The position numbers were made by a program, and so were the translations under genes. 64,000 nt of DNA from a virus. Location of the stretch: UHGV virus genome UHGV-0305822. The stretch is one strand, 5' to 3'. Below, one piece after another: positions 29,040 to 38,298 of the stretch (position 1 is its first letter; each line of letters opens with the position of its first letter). Under the pieces are notes generated by a model. That model did no database searches. It saw only the letters and a list, made by a program, of their open reading frames with translations, and was not told where the DNA came from.

Positions 29040-30005
29040 TTATTGCGGAGGTGATGTCGGACCATGTTTACCTTGGTGAATGTGAACGCTAAAGGTAATA
29101 CCGGAAATAATGGCATCTTTAACCGTAAAGACACCCACGCCTTCACCCGTACCACCGTATTTGAAGTTCTTAGCGACTTCCAAATTACCGGTGAACATCG
29201 CTTCATTCCCTTCCTGTTTAAAGTTCGGCGTTTTGAACGTTGTCGAACTGCCCGCTTCTGTTAACCAGGTTTGTGTTTTAAACGTAACGGAATTCGCTGC
29301 TTCCGTATTGCGGACTTCGCATTTTTCATTAATCGTTTTCGTTTCCAGGTTAATAGAGCGCTTTGAATAAATGAACGCATCTTCTTTGTTGATGTTCACT
29401 TTTGAAAGCATCGCATTCTCAAACCCGAGATCATCTTCAACCGAGTTAATGTAATACTTGTTTCCTTTATGGTCAACGCACTGCCACGTACCGTTTGCAT
29501 TATCAAACTGAAACAACCACGCCGCTTTCTCGCCATTCACCATACTTGTTCTTAGCGTGATATGTTTGTCAATCGTCGAAACGTTCAACACATACGCATT
29601 GGACAAGTCATCCGCCATTTGGTTTTCGGGGTCAGCCGACCACGCATAAACCGCATCTTCTAATCGCTTAACGTTAGCGAAGTTCAGATCAATCCAAAAA
29701 TAAATATCGGTTTTCCCCAAACGTAACAAGATAACGTAGTCTTCTCGTTTAACGTCAGGGGAATTAATTCGGTTGGAGTTAAACTTCCACCACTTTGCTG
29801 TTATCGTGTTACCCGTCTTAATGGTTAGGTTATCTGTTGCACCAGATGTTTCATGCGTCTTTTCAGTTGCTGAAGAAACAGATTGCACCACGGTAGGGTT
29901 AGCAAAGTTGGTTTCAATTGGTATCACTTTTACCCGATCTGTACCACGGGGTTTGTCTTCCGCGACGATACCAATTGAGAAAAAATCAACACTGGATTTC
30001 TCCAT
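29040..30005 (-). CDS. putative virion (tail/baseplate-associated) protein (321 aa)
   Basis: First gene of minus-strand structural block; beta-rich composition; placement only, no motif match. Confidence 0.4.
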   Translation of the reverse strand: MEKSSVDFFSIGIVAEDKPRGTDRVKVIPIETNFANPTVVQSVSSATEKTHETSGATDNLTIKTGNTITAKWWKFNSNRINSPDVKREDYVILLRLGKTDIYFWIDLNFANVKRLEDAVYAWSADPENQMADDLSNAYVLNVSTIDKHITLRTSMVNGEKAAWLFQFDNANGTWQCVDHKGNKYYINSVEDDLGFENAMLSKVNINKEDAFIYSKRSINLETKTINEKCEVRNTEAANSVTFKTQTWLTEAGSSTTFKTPNFKQEGNEAMFTGNLEVAKNFKYGGTGEGVGVFTVKDAIISGITFSVHIHQGKHGPTSPPQ

Positions 30006-30325
30006 CGGGACGTTCCTTAGATCGGAATTGATTTCAGATATATTTTACTTAAGTGAATAGGGACTGAACTGGTACTTCAGTCCCTACGGACACGTTACCC
30101 TTTTAGTACCTTTCGTTAAAGGTTACTAAAAATTACATTATGTCCCTTTATTCTGCTACTCGGGATACCGGTAGGGGGTAGGGGGCATTATGTATACGGA
30201 TATAAATAGCGGAGGTATACGGAGTATACCGACATACTCTTCCCAGAGGAACGTAGTGACTTCCTTATACCTCTTTTACAATCCATAATAATAGCCTTCC
30301 CTTCATTGGGATTAGCGAGTAAATC

Positions 30326-31063
30326 ATGAGAGAATTATTAGACGATATCTTTACCAACACCAGTTTAGAACTTTCTTCTACGGTGGTTAACGAACTAATA
30401 AAACAATCGCAACCTGCCAAGTTAATCGATGCTGGAACAATTAAACCTGAAGATTATCCAGACAGTGACGTTATCGACTGCTTGATTGACGAATACGTGA
30501 TAGGTAGTTACGCCAACCGCGTCTTCTTTGTTTTTAATACCGAAACCAGTGTCATGTTAATCTATAAGTTGATCAGTGGTGCCGAACTTGAAGTAATGGC
30601 TGACCACATTCGTCTCCTTGCGAACACGCCTACTAGTATCGCTGATGTGCTTATTGGGAACGGTTGGCCTTTACCACCACTATTCTCTTACTTCCCTCTG
30701 TTTAGAAATGGGATAGGGTTACTCCGAAATGCGGAAAACCTTCCCGATAACGTCGAGTTATCACTGCTTGGGCCCGGCATCGATCTTTGTCCATTAGAAG
30801 ACGAGGGCACGCTGTATGGTTTACGCATTTATGTTTCTGTGTTAGAGGGATACCGTATCATCGAGTTAATTGCATCAGACTTAGCAAAACAGATCCCTGA
30901 TGTAGAAACGATTTCTAAAGCTACCCACCTGGTTGAGATTAACCCGGACGATCCCTTATTGAAATATCACGAGAAAATTGATCTTCGTAAAATCGCCACG
31001 ATGAGAGGGTGGGGTTGTGCTGAGATTACGAAGGACTATCTGCTGTTAATTAAAACCGCGTAA
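30326..31063 (+). CDS. hypothetical protein, family with conserved C-terminal GW...LL module (member 1)
   Basis: N-terminus MRELLDDIFT similar to 32897 product (MKVHLDDIFKT); C-terminal MRGWGCAEITKDYLLLIKTA. Confidence 0.55.
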   Translation: MRELLDDIFTNTSLELSSTVVNELIKQSQPAKLIDAGTIKPEDYPDSDVIDCLIDEYVIGSYANRVFFVFNTETSVMLIYKLISGAELEVMADHIRLLANTPTSIADVLIGNGWPLPPLFSYFPLFRNGIGLLRNAENLPDNVELSLLGPGIDLCPLEDEGTLYGLRIYVSVLEGYRIIELIASDLAKQIPDVETISKATHLVEINPDDPLLKYHEKIDLRKIATMRGWGCAEITKDYLLLIKTA

Positions 31064-31093
31064 TTAAGAAAACCGAAAAAAGGAGAATATACC

Positions 31094-31648
31094 ATGTTTC
31101 AAACTGAACTGAAAAATGAAATTATCCAAACCCTTGAAAAAGGCGTAGGCGAACATTTCTTTGTCCGTCCTTATACCGTACTGACCAATACCATTATTCA
31201 GCCAGGTGCGATGATAGTAGGGGTAAGTGTACAAGCTGTAGAGGAAACCCCACTGCGTCGCAACATCACACGTAAAACCCATATCCCGTTTAGAACAGGT
31301 TTTACAGATTACTTTCAGAGCTTACTGAAAGATAGCGGTTGGAAAACAGGCAGCTTCTTCCACGAAGGGAAGACTTCCACGCTCGTTTATAAAGAGAACA
31401 CCAAGTATCTGGTCGATTTTCTCTTAGCGCGTCAGTATACTTTCTTTCCAACCCCTACTGACTGCACCCCAGACAACCCAGGTAAGTTATTAAACCAAAG
31501 CGAAGCCGAAGCACTCTTTACAAGACTTCGGAATGAGCAGTGCGATGTTGACGACTGGGAAACGTTGATCGCGGTCGCTAAAGCCCACGGTTGGTATACC
31601 GTACGTAAACTCGGCCAGCAGTTGTTGTTCTTAGCTTACCCTGCTTAA
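31094..31648 (+). CDS. hypothetical protein, GW...QLLF family (member 2)
   Basis: C-terminus AHGWYTVRKLGQQLLFLAYPA. Confidence 0.55.
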   Translation: MFQTELKNEIIQTLEKGVGEHFFVRPYTVLTNTIIQPGAMIVGVSVQAVEETPLRRNITRKTHIPFRTGFTDYFQSLLKDSGWKTGSFFHEGKTSTLVYKENTKYLVDFLLARQYTFFPTPTDCTPDNPGKLLNQSEAEALFTRLRNEQCDVDDWETLIAVAKAHGWYTVRKLGQQLLFLAYPA

Positions 31649-31677
31649 GTAACGAAAAAACCTAAAGGAGAGTAAAA

Positions 31678-32829
31678 ATGCGAAATATTATTTCTAAACC
31701 AGGTCATGCCAAAATCCTAAAAGAACTGATGGACAGATGCTATAATCGGACTTGGTCGCTACCAAGCTTAACCATCGAATCTTCATTACAACGTGAGTTG
31801 TTTGGTTATGTCATGGGCTGCTGTGTACTTACTGAATACAATGAGATTATCGCGCCTGTCGATGTCTGTACTTCCGATGAAGAAATTGAAGGTTACCAGT
31901 TCACAGCTTACACAAATTGTGGACTAAATTACCGTAAACTCGTTGTTAGGGAAATGAGTAGCAACCGGAAGATTATGTTTAAGGTATTCCCAAGTGGTAA
32001 AGTCAGTAATTTATGTCTTCAGCTTGAGAAAGTGCCCTTTCACGGTGCGGACATTTTAACTAAACCGGAGCTCGCGTTATTAAGCGGGTTAATTGGTTTT
32101 GAAGCAAAAACCATCAAAGTTGAGCAGGAACTTACACGAAACGATTTCGGCTCAACTTGGTACGAAAGTTTCTTCCGCTACGAAATGTTAAGTGATAAAG
32201 CTATCAAACTCACTTACCGTTCTACCGACGACATCGTTTACCACATTTTAATTAGCGGCGAACCCCACCAGATTATTGAAGTCGAAGGAGAAAAATCCGT
32301 GCGTACCTTAAAAGATGAATTAACTGATTTTGTTAACAAAATTGATAGCGTGGGTATCAGTGAATTATTATTCCCGATTCAACATCCAGAGTTGCTTGAC
32401 GAGAAATGTGAAAACATGGTTATGGCGGTGCATTTACTTCCTGACCATCTTGCTATCTACCGTACACTTTCTAAGAACCAACTTAAAGTGTGGTGTCTGT
32501 TAAAAGACCTTTTAACAGAGGCGGGGTGGTCGTGTAGTGTAGATGTTAACTGTGAAGGAGTTGCGTTCTTCATCACAATAGGCAATCGTAGTTTTTCTGT
32601 CGATTTACCTACTCGCAGCTATTACGATTTCTTCCCGACCGCAGAAGGACGTACTGAAAAAGAACCCGCATTACTGCTCAGTGCTAAGTCGTCCAATGCG
32701 CTAATGGCGCAACTAAAGGCAAAAGACGAGAAACTGGATGCTTTACATCTACCTATAATCGGAAAAGATTACGGTTGGGCTGACGTGCAAAAATACGGCA
32801 GCCAACTGTTGTTTGTTGCTGACCTTTAA
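31678..32829 (+). CDS. hypothetical protein, GW...QLLF family (member 3)
   Basis: C-terminus DYGWADVQKYGSQLLFVADL. Confidence 0.55.
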   Translation: MRNIISKPGHAKILKELMDRCYNRTWSLPSLTIESSLQRELFGYVMGCCVLTEYNEIIAPVDVCTSDEEIEGYQFTAYTNCGLNYRKLVVREMSSNRKIMFKVFPSGKVSNLCLQLEKVPFHGADILTKPELALLSGLIGFEAKTIKVEQELTRNDFGSTWYESFFRYEMLSDKAIKLTYRSTDDIVYHILISGEPHQIIEVEGEKSVRTLKDELTDFVNKIDSVGISELLFPIQHPELLDEKCENMVMAVHLLPDHLAIYRTLSKNQLKVWCLLKDLLTEAGWSCSVDVNCEGVAFFITIGNRSFSVDLPTRSYYDFFPTAEGRTEKEPALLLSAKSSNALMAQLKAKDEKLDALHLPIIGKDYGWADVQKYGSQLLFVADL

Positions 32830-32896
32830 TAAGTGAAAATACACTTTCTCTAACTGCCGCGCTTTAGTCGCGGCTTTTGTTAAGAAGGAAATAGAA

Positions 32897-33670
32897 ATGA
32901 AAGTCCATTTAGACGATATCTTTAAAACCGAACCGTATATGATCGAAGGTCCGCTAACATCACTACTACTCGCCGATAGATTAGATCGTACGCTGCAATT
33001 ACAATCGATCGAATCTGCACCCGTTGACGATGTAGAGCGTTACGAGCGCATCAACTATACGCGTGGTGAGTATCGTCGCTATAAGCCAAATTCACTAAGC
33101 GTTAAACTTTGGAAAGTAAGCACAGGTAAGGTATTAACTTATCGCACTGTCGGTAGTTATTACATTCAACAAGCCAAAGAATGGCTAGAGAAAGTTAAAG
33201 AACTGAACTTCGATCTACTGAGCAAAAAACTGCGCGATCATAACGCTAGTTTGCCGATACGTAATTATTTCTCCACGATTGAAAATAGCCGTTGTTTCGT
33301 TTCTCGCGAATCCATGATATTACCTGGGGATGATGTTCAGACAACACTAAAAGATGTGGTTGTGAAGAAAATCTTTCATGAATCTGAACACGTTGGGTTT
33401 CGTATCTATCTGACGCACAAGAGACCATTTACCGTGATTCACGTTGTTACCGCACCCGAAGGCTCAGCGGTTATTCGAGAACTTCCTGATGCTCGAGACC
33501 GTTGCCCTAATGAGCCGCTTTATTTAATGTCAGGAACAAAATCAACCGCGTTGATGTCCCGTTACAGCATGTTAGATGTTGTTGACGCTGCTATGAAACT
33601 AGGTTGGAAAGAAGTGCAGCAACATGGTAAACAATTGCTGTTTATTGCCGATGTAAAACTTAATCAATAG
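32897..33670 (+). CDS. hypothetical protein, GW...QLLF family (member 4)
   Basis: C-terminus KLGWKEVQQHGKQLLFIADVKLNQ. Confidence 0.55.
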   Translation: MKVHLDDIFKTEPYMIEGPLTSLLLADRLDRTLQLQSIESAPVDDVERYERINYTRGEYRRYKPNSLSVKLWKVSTGKVLTYRTVGSYYIQQAKEWLEKVKELNFDLLSKKLRDHNASLPIRNYFSTIENSRCFVSRESMILPGDDVQTTLKDVVVKKIFHESEHVGFRIYLTHKRPFTVIHVVTAPEGSAVIRELPDARDRCPNEPLYLMSGTKSTALMSRYSMLDVVDAAMKLGWKEVQQHGKQLLFIADVKLNQ

Positions 33671-33682
33671 TGAGGTGGTACC

Positions 33683-34261
33683 GTGTACCGATTAATAGAA
33701 ATGCGAAAAGACGTTTGGTTGGAAAACCTCGTCGATGGGGAGCTTGAGGGAATAGAGCTTTCCTTACCAGAAAGAGCGGACACGGTATTGGTCTTTCTGA
33801 TAAAACAGGCAGCGAAGGAACCGGTAGGAATCTTCAGCGTGGACTATAAAGACCCACGAGGGATTCATTTACGGAACATTTGCAGTGGTTTAGAAAGCTT
33901 ACCGGCTAATCCGTTCTTAAACTACGCAAAACGTAAACTCCAGCCAGGGCAACATCTCTGGGTAGTTCTAGCGCCTGATACACGCATTATACGTGACGAC
34001 CTGACTGCGTTTGTCCAAGCAACGAAAGTCAGTTTGTACAATCCTAATGCGGATCGTACCGATATGCCGTTTACAATCACCTTAGAAGACGATGGAACGC
34101 AAGAGGGTATTGAGGCAATTACGGAATTAGTAAACTCTTATCCGGTAGCGTCTATTGAGTTAGAAAACCCAAACCGATTACCGTTGGGTGATTTACTCGA
34201 ATGGATTGAGCTGAATACCGAGTTCCTCATTAACTCCCGGCAGTACCGGTTCGATGTATAA
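33683..34261 (+). CDS. hypothetical protein (192 aa)
   Basis: GTG start after GAGGTGG; followed by strong terminator. Confidence 0.5.
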   Translation: MYRLIEMRKDVWLENLVDGELEGIELSLPERADTVLVFLIKQAAKEPVGIFSVDYKDPRGIHLRNICSGLESLPANPFLNYAKRKLQPGQHLWVVLAPDTRIIRDDLTAFVQATKVSLYNPNADRTDMPFTITLEDDGTQEGIEAITELVNSYPVASIELENPNRLPLGDLLEWIELNTEFLINSRQYRFDV

Positions 34262-34265
34262 CATC

Positions 34266-34298
34266 GGTGGGGGTAAACCCCCCACCTTTTATTTTTTT
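34266..34298 (+). terminator. rho-independent terminator
   Basis: Stem GGTGGGGG / CCCCCACC, loop TAAA, then TTTTATTTTTTTG. Confidence 0.65.
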
Positions 34299-34391
34299 GT
34301 TCGTTAATATTAAAAATAATTTCAGATATATATTACCTAGGTGAGAGTACAAAAGCTCTCACTTAATAAAACCATTTTAGGAGTATTAAAG

Positions 34392-34763
34392 ATGAAAAAC
34401 GAATTATTTAAAGACCCGTTTGTTGTATTAATGATCGTTACTCGCGCTGCCACTAACCCAGAAAACCTGAAACGTTTACTTACTAACGAAGCATACCTTA
34501 TCGAACAGCGTGACGCGCAGTTAGCCAAACCGCACGCTGAAGGCCAGGCGAAAGACCTTATCTCTATTTTCCGTAACGAAGAATGGCGTAAAAACAACGA
34601 GCTGTCCGACAACTTGACGGTTGCAATTGCAAAACTCTTGACACTGTTCAATCTTGACAAAGACATTAACCAAAGCCTTTCTACAGAAGAGCGTCTGGAA
34701 ATGATAAGAGGTATCGGAGATAGTTATACACAGATTAAAGCATTACCCAACACAGTTATTTAA
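34392..34763 (+). CDS. hypothetical protein (123 aa)
   Basis: ATG at 34392 preceded by TTTTAGGAGTATTAAAG (ORF track start 34341 is upstream non-ATG). Confidence 0.5.
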   Translation: MKNELFKDPFVVLMIVTRAATNPENLKRLLTNEAYLIEQRDAQLAKPHAEGQAKDLISIFRNEEWRKNNELSDNLTVAIAKLLTLFNLDKDINQSLSTEERLEMIRGIGDSYTQIKALPNTVI

Positions 34764-34809
34764 TTTCATAATTTGTGGGAATTTCCCCATAACCCGAAGG
34801 AGCATTTCA

Positions 34810-35271
34810 ATGAAAACCTTTATCACATTCTTAATAACCATTTTAACTTTCGGCCTCAATAGCGCACACGCCGCTATCAACAGCTGGGAACAAATACAAA
34901 ACCCTGGCCAGGCAGTTTACGAAATTGAAGACACCGCCGGAAACGGACTGTCTATCAACTGTGACACAGAAACTGCGAATCGCAAATTTTACGGTCGCAT
35001 GGTTTGGTATTACGGTGAACCCGTAGGTGCAACTAACGCTGAAGATAACACGATGGATATTGTCGTAAACGGCAAAACCTATAACATCCCTACCGTGGAC
35101 GGTAGTGACAAAGCAGAACACGCTTGGGTTGCTTTCGTTAATGCTATCGGTAATGCCAAAACTTTCAGTGTGAGTATCAATGGTAACGATGCCGCTAACT
35201 TTACCGTAGAAGGCGAACGTCTGTCTGAAACTTTCTTCCAAAACTGTGGACACACCCGTCCTAACAAATAA
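34810..35271 (+). CDS. secreted protein (signal peptide), 153 aa
   Basis: N-terminal MKTFITFLITILTFGLNSAHA signal-like sequence; RBS GAAGGAG. Confidence 0.55.
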   Translation: MKTFITFLITILTFGLNSAHAAINSWEQIQNPGQAVYEIEDTAGNGLSINCDTETANRKFYGRMVWYYGEPVGATNAEDNTMDIVVNGKTYNIPTVDGSDKAEHAWVAFVNAIGNAKTFSVSINGNDAANFTVEGERLSETFFQNCGHTRPNK

Positions 35272-35293
35272 TTATTAGTCTTTTTTAGAGTGC

Positions 35294-35686
35294 GTGAAAA
35301 TGAATATCAGAACTATACTTTATACCATCATTATTTTCTGTGCGGTCGGAATTACTGGCACTTATGCTTTCGGTGATTCGGATGTCCGCTATTACGAACC
35401 GGCTCCTGACTCACCGATTATCAACCCGGATGAGACGCCTACGTTAATGCGCAGTTTCGGTAAACTACAAGTTTATCGTTTAGTGCGTGGTGAAACGTGT
35501 ACGGGATTACTCATTGCTGACACCCGTGCACAAGTCTACCAACGTCTGACGGATATCGCCTGCGAACAACCAAAGGTAATGTCGGTTAGCATCCATCCGC
35601 TATCAGTTGGTAACTATACCGCTGTGGACTTCTTTCACAACGCCGAATTAATCGGACGCGTTACCTTAAATCGTCCTGCCGAATAA
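35294..35686 (+). CDS. secreted/membrane-anchored protein, 130 aa
   Basis: Hydrophobic N-terminus ILYTIIIFCAVGITGTYA; start may be ATG at 35300. Confidence 0.5.
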   Translation: MKMNIRTILYTIIIFCAVGITGTYAFGDSDVRYYEPAPDSPIINPDETPTLMRSFGKLQVYRLVRGETCTGLLIADTRAQVYQRLTDIACEQPKVMSVSIHPLSVGNYTAVDFFHNAELIGRVTLNRPAE

Positions 35687-35704
35687 TCTAAAGGAGTAGT
35701 TACA

Positions 35705-36190
35705 ATGAAACGTTTACACACTCTGATGTTCTTTCTGGTTTTCTTGTTTATCGGTGTCACACCAAGTGTAGATGCGGCCTCCGTAGACGAATTGCTTACC
35801 TGTGATGGAAACGCTTGGGAAGGTCAGCCAAATGCGTGCCCAAACATCAACGACTTGTACGATACCGATAAGTCGTTTAAAGCCGTTGTTGATAAAACAT
35901 TAGACCCTGTGGGACTGGATGGTATGTTCGGCTCTAAAGGTTACATGGATGGCCCTGGCGGTAACATGTATCCGGTAAACATCAACAACAAAATCTGGAT
36001 TGAAAGTGGCGGTTGTAAAGCTAACGCTTGTGGTTGGGAATACATCGTAACGCTATACAACCCACACACCAAGAAACTCGTCGGTTATTACTACAACATC
36101 GACCCCGGTTATCTGATCTGGTTCGGTGATATCGGTGTTGCCGAATTCGCTTACCTGGTTAAGAAATACGTAGAACAATCTAAATACTAA
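35705..36190 (+). CDS. secreted Ivy-like protein (inhibitor-of-vertebrate-lysozyme fold candidate)
   Basis: Signal peptide MKRLHTLMFFLVFLFIGVTPSVDA; segment ESGGCKANACGWEYIVTLY...YYNIDPG parallels the Ivy CKPHDC loop region (SACKPHDCGSQRIAVMW...FSTIDEK) recalled from E. coli Ivy, but with N in place of the key His. Confidence 0.4.
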   Translation: MKRLHTLMFFLVFLFIGVTPSVDAASVDELLTCDGNAWEGQPNACPNINDLYDTDKSFKAVVDKTLDPVGLDGMFGSKGYMDGPGGNMYPVNINNKIWIESGGCKANACGWEYIVTLYNPHTKKLVGYYYNIDPGYLIWFGDIGVAEFAYLVKKYVEQSKY

Positions 36191-36201
36191 GGACTTTTAT
36201 C

Positions 36202-36612
36202 ATGAAAACTATCATCAATACTCTTCTCATTGCAATGGCTGTTCTGTTCTCTGTCAACGCTACAGCAAAAACAATACAGTTGCCAGACAATATTAAGTAC
36301 GTCAATAGCACCGATGATTTCTATTGTACGGAAATTGACGGCTTGTACTGCCAGGCGAAGAGTCTGTTTAAATACAAAGGTAGCAGATACGTATTCATCG
36401 TTGAGCAGGGTGGTGCCTGGTGTTACGACAGCCCAATGTCCGTACTCAACCTCGAAACGTGGAAGGCCCAACGTCTCGAATACAACGACAAACGTCTGTG
36501 CTCTGGTAATAACAAACCATTCTTCGAAGTCGTAGATGGTGTGCCAATGGTAGGGATATTAGACACTTCGGAAAAACCTATCGTTGTAGCTATGGATAAA
36601 CTTAAAATTTAA
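36202..36612 (+). CDS. secreted protein (signal peptide), 136 aa, 4 Cys
   Basis: MKTIINTLLIAMAVLFSVNATA signal-like N-terminus. Confidence 0.55.
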   Translation: MKTIINTLLIAMAVLFSVNATAKTIQLPDNIKYVNSTDDFYCTEIDGLYCQAKSLFKYKGSRYVFIVEQGGAWCYDSPMSVLNLETWKAQRLEYNDKRLCSGNNKPFFEVVDGVPMVGILDTSEKPIVVAMDKLKI

Positions 36613-36622
36613 GGAGTAACTC

Positions 36623-37012
36623 ATGCGTCTCGTCTGCGTTTTAGCATTCTTCTTCTCCCTGAGTGTAGCAGCATCTACTCAAGTTAACGATTTACTGCTA
36701 ACCCCAAACAACAATACCGATTACCAGTACAATCCTCCGGGGTTTGAAGTTTGTGAAGTCGGTGAAACAATCTGCCAAGAAGTCGGCGCAGACGGGCGCT
36801 ATATTCTGGTAAAAGCTGATGGTGGCACAATGTGTCCCGCAGGTTATTACTTTCTGCTCGATTCCGTCGCAAGAGAGGTTCTTCCTATCACCACGAAAAC
36901 GTGCGACCCTACCGTTGTCTTAACTCTCGCTAAAAGCAAATCTCGCGACCGTTACCTGATCGTTATCGAAGAACGGGGCAAGATGGCTGGTGCTATCGAA
37001 TTAGATCATTGA
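36623..37012 (+). CDS. secreted protein (signal peptide), 129 aa, 4 Cys
   Basis: MRLVCVLAFFFSLSVAAS signal-like N-terminus; RBS AAGGAG. Confidence 0.55.
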   Translation: MRLVCVLAFFFSLSVAASTQVNDLLLTPNNNTDYQYNPPGFEVCEVGETICQEVGADGRYILVKADGGTMCPAGYYFLLDSVAREVLPITTKTCDPTVVLTLAKSKSRDRYLIVIEERGKMAGAIELDH

Positions 37013-37021
37013 GTGTAGTCT

Positions 37022-37050
37022 TGGCCCCGATACGTTCGGGGTCCTTTTTA
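37022..37050 (+). terminator. rho-independent terminator
   Basis: Stem GGCCCCGA / TCGGGGTCC followed by TTTTT. Confidence 0.6.
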
Positions 37051-37078
37051 CGACATGTTTACCTAAAGGAGTATTAAA

Positions 37079-37555
37079 ATGCAATTATCTAACGTTTACC
37101 AAGCTGCGCAATTTCATCATGACCTGTCGGCTAAACCTGAACAAATTCGCCACAACTTAACGGTGGCCTGGAAACTGCTGCGTATCGCCGAAGCCTCGCG
37201 CCTTAACGATCAGTCGACGATTATCGAAACGGTGCGCACACTACATCCAGTCGACCTGGAAACAATCTGGACCTTTGATTTAACCCGAATTTATCACCGT
37301 CGTTTTAATGCGGCAGTTGATGCGATCCGTCCTTACTTTCACCACCTGCGAACAACACGCGAAAATGACACCGCACTTGAGTGGGTATTGGTACAAAGCG
37401 TATGGAGCGACTACATTTATCTCCTTTCTTTAGAGACGGGTGAATGTATCGTTGCTAACGAAGTTTTTTCAAGTAACGCAGAAATGTATCGTTCCTTCGC
37501 GACGATTAAAGGTGAAACACAACCTATTTTATCACTCACGCACTTAGGGCTGTAA
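37079..37555 (+). CDS. hypothetical protein (158 aa)
   Basis: Conserved upstream TTTACCTAAAGGAGTATTAAAATG context, nearly identical to that of ORF 822. Confidence 0.55.
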   Translation: MQLSNVYQAAQFHHDLSAKPEQIRHNLTVAWKLLRIAEASRLNDQSTIIETVRTLHPVDLETIWTFDLTRIYHRRFNAAVDAIRPYFHHLRTTRENDTALEWVLVQSVWSDYIYLLSLETGECIVANEVFSSNAEMYRSFATIKGETQPILSLTHLGL

Positions 37556-37559
37556 TTAG

Positions 37560-37592
37560 CCCGGCCCCGTTTACTCGGGGCTTCTTTTTTTG
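37560..37592 (+). terminator. rho-independent terminator
   Basis: Stem GCCCCG / CGGGGC followed by TTCTTTTTTT. Confidence 0.6.
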
Positions 37593-37611
37593 ATCTAAAA
37601 GGAAAGACCAG

Positions 37612-38220
37612 ATGAACGAAATTACATTAGTTCGTTTTCTTGAAGCGATGCAAAATGCAGAGCGCTTTTCGCATACGCCTTTATTCATTGACTTAATGGA
37701 AGAAGAAGTAGAGGGCTTCCTGGCATACCCACGCTTACGGGAATATTTTAAACGCAAAACACCGACTGCTTACGAAAAGTTGGTTTACGCGCTTGAAAAC
37801 AGTACAACACTGTTAACGTCGCCTTTTAAGGCGTTGGAGGCTTTAGACCCGGCTGGTACCACAAGTATCCCACAACGTGTTGTGTTCTACTATATCGACC
37901 ACGATCGAATTAAAGCCGATGTTGTTAACTGGATCTCTGAAAACGCAGTTCCTGAAACACGCACTTTTAATCTCTGTCCCGTAGAAGAAGGGTGGAAGGT
38001 CGGTAGCCACTATTCTTACCCGTACCAATCCATTAAATCGCCGTTTTTATACCCGGTTTATCTGGATGATGTTACACCTGGAAATTGTATCCCGGTAACA
38101 AATCTGATCTGTACATTGACAATGGAAGTCTTAGCCACAAAGGCGGGACAGGTTTGGGTAGAAAACACGAAGAACGTCGATTATTGGACTTCAATGGGTT
38201 ATCACCTGTACACCAAATAA
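37612..38220 (+). CDS. hypothetical protein (202 aa)
   Basis: Long ORF with AAAGGAAAG RBS; no metallophosphatase (Mre11/SbcD) motifs. Confidence 0.5.
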   Translation: MNEITLVRFLEAMQNAERFSHTPLFIDLMEEEVEGFLAYPRLREYFKRKTPTAYEKLVYALENSTTLLTSPFKALEALDPAGTTSIPQRVVFYYIDHDRIKADVVNWISENAVPETRTFNLCPVEEGWKVGSHYSYPYQSIKSPFLYPVYLDDVTPGNCIPVTNLICTLTMEVLATKAGQVWVENTKNVDYWTSMGYHLYTK

Positions 38221-38225
38221 CGTTT

Positions 38226-38268
38226 GGGAGAACCTTCGGGTTCTCCCTTTCTTTATTTTTTTCTTTTT
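38226..38268 (+). terminator. rho-independent terminator
   Basis: Stem GGGAGAACC / GGTTCTCCC, loop TTCG, then long T-rich tract. Confidence 0.65.
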
Positions 38269-38298
38269 ACACCACACTCCGTCTTTATGGAGGTGGGT

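Noticed and set aside
31064-31282. Minus-strand ORF within 31094..31648
   Set aside because: Embedded antisense in a gene belonging to a conserved paralog family.
37612-38220. Mre11/SbcD nuclease partner upstream of the Rad50-like gene
   Set aside because: No metallophosphatase motifs (GDxHG, GNHD/E) visible in the translation.
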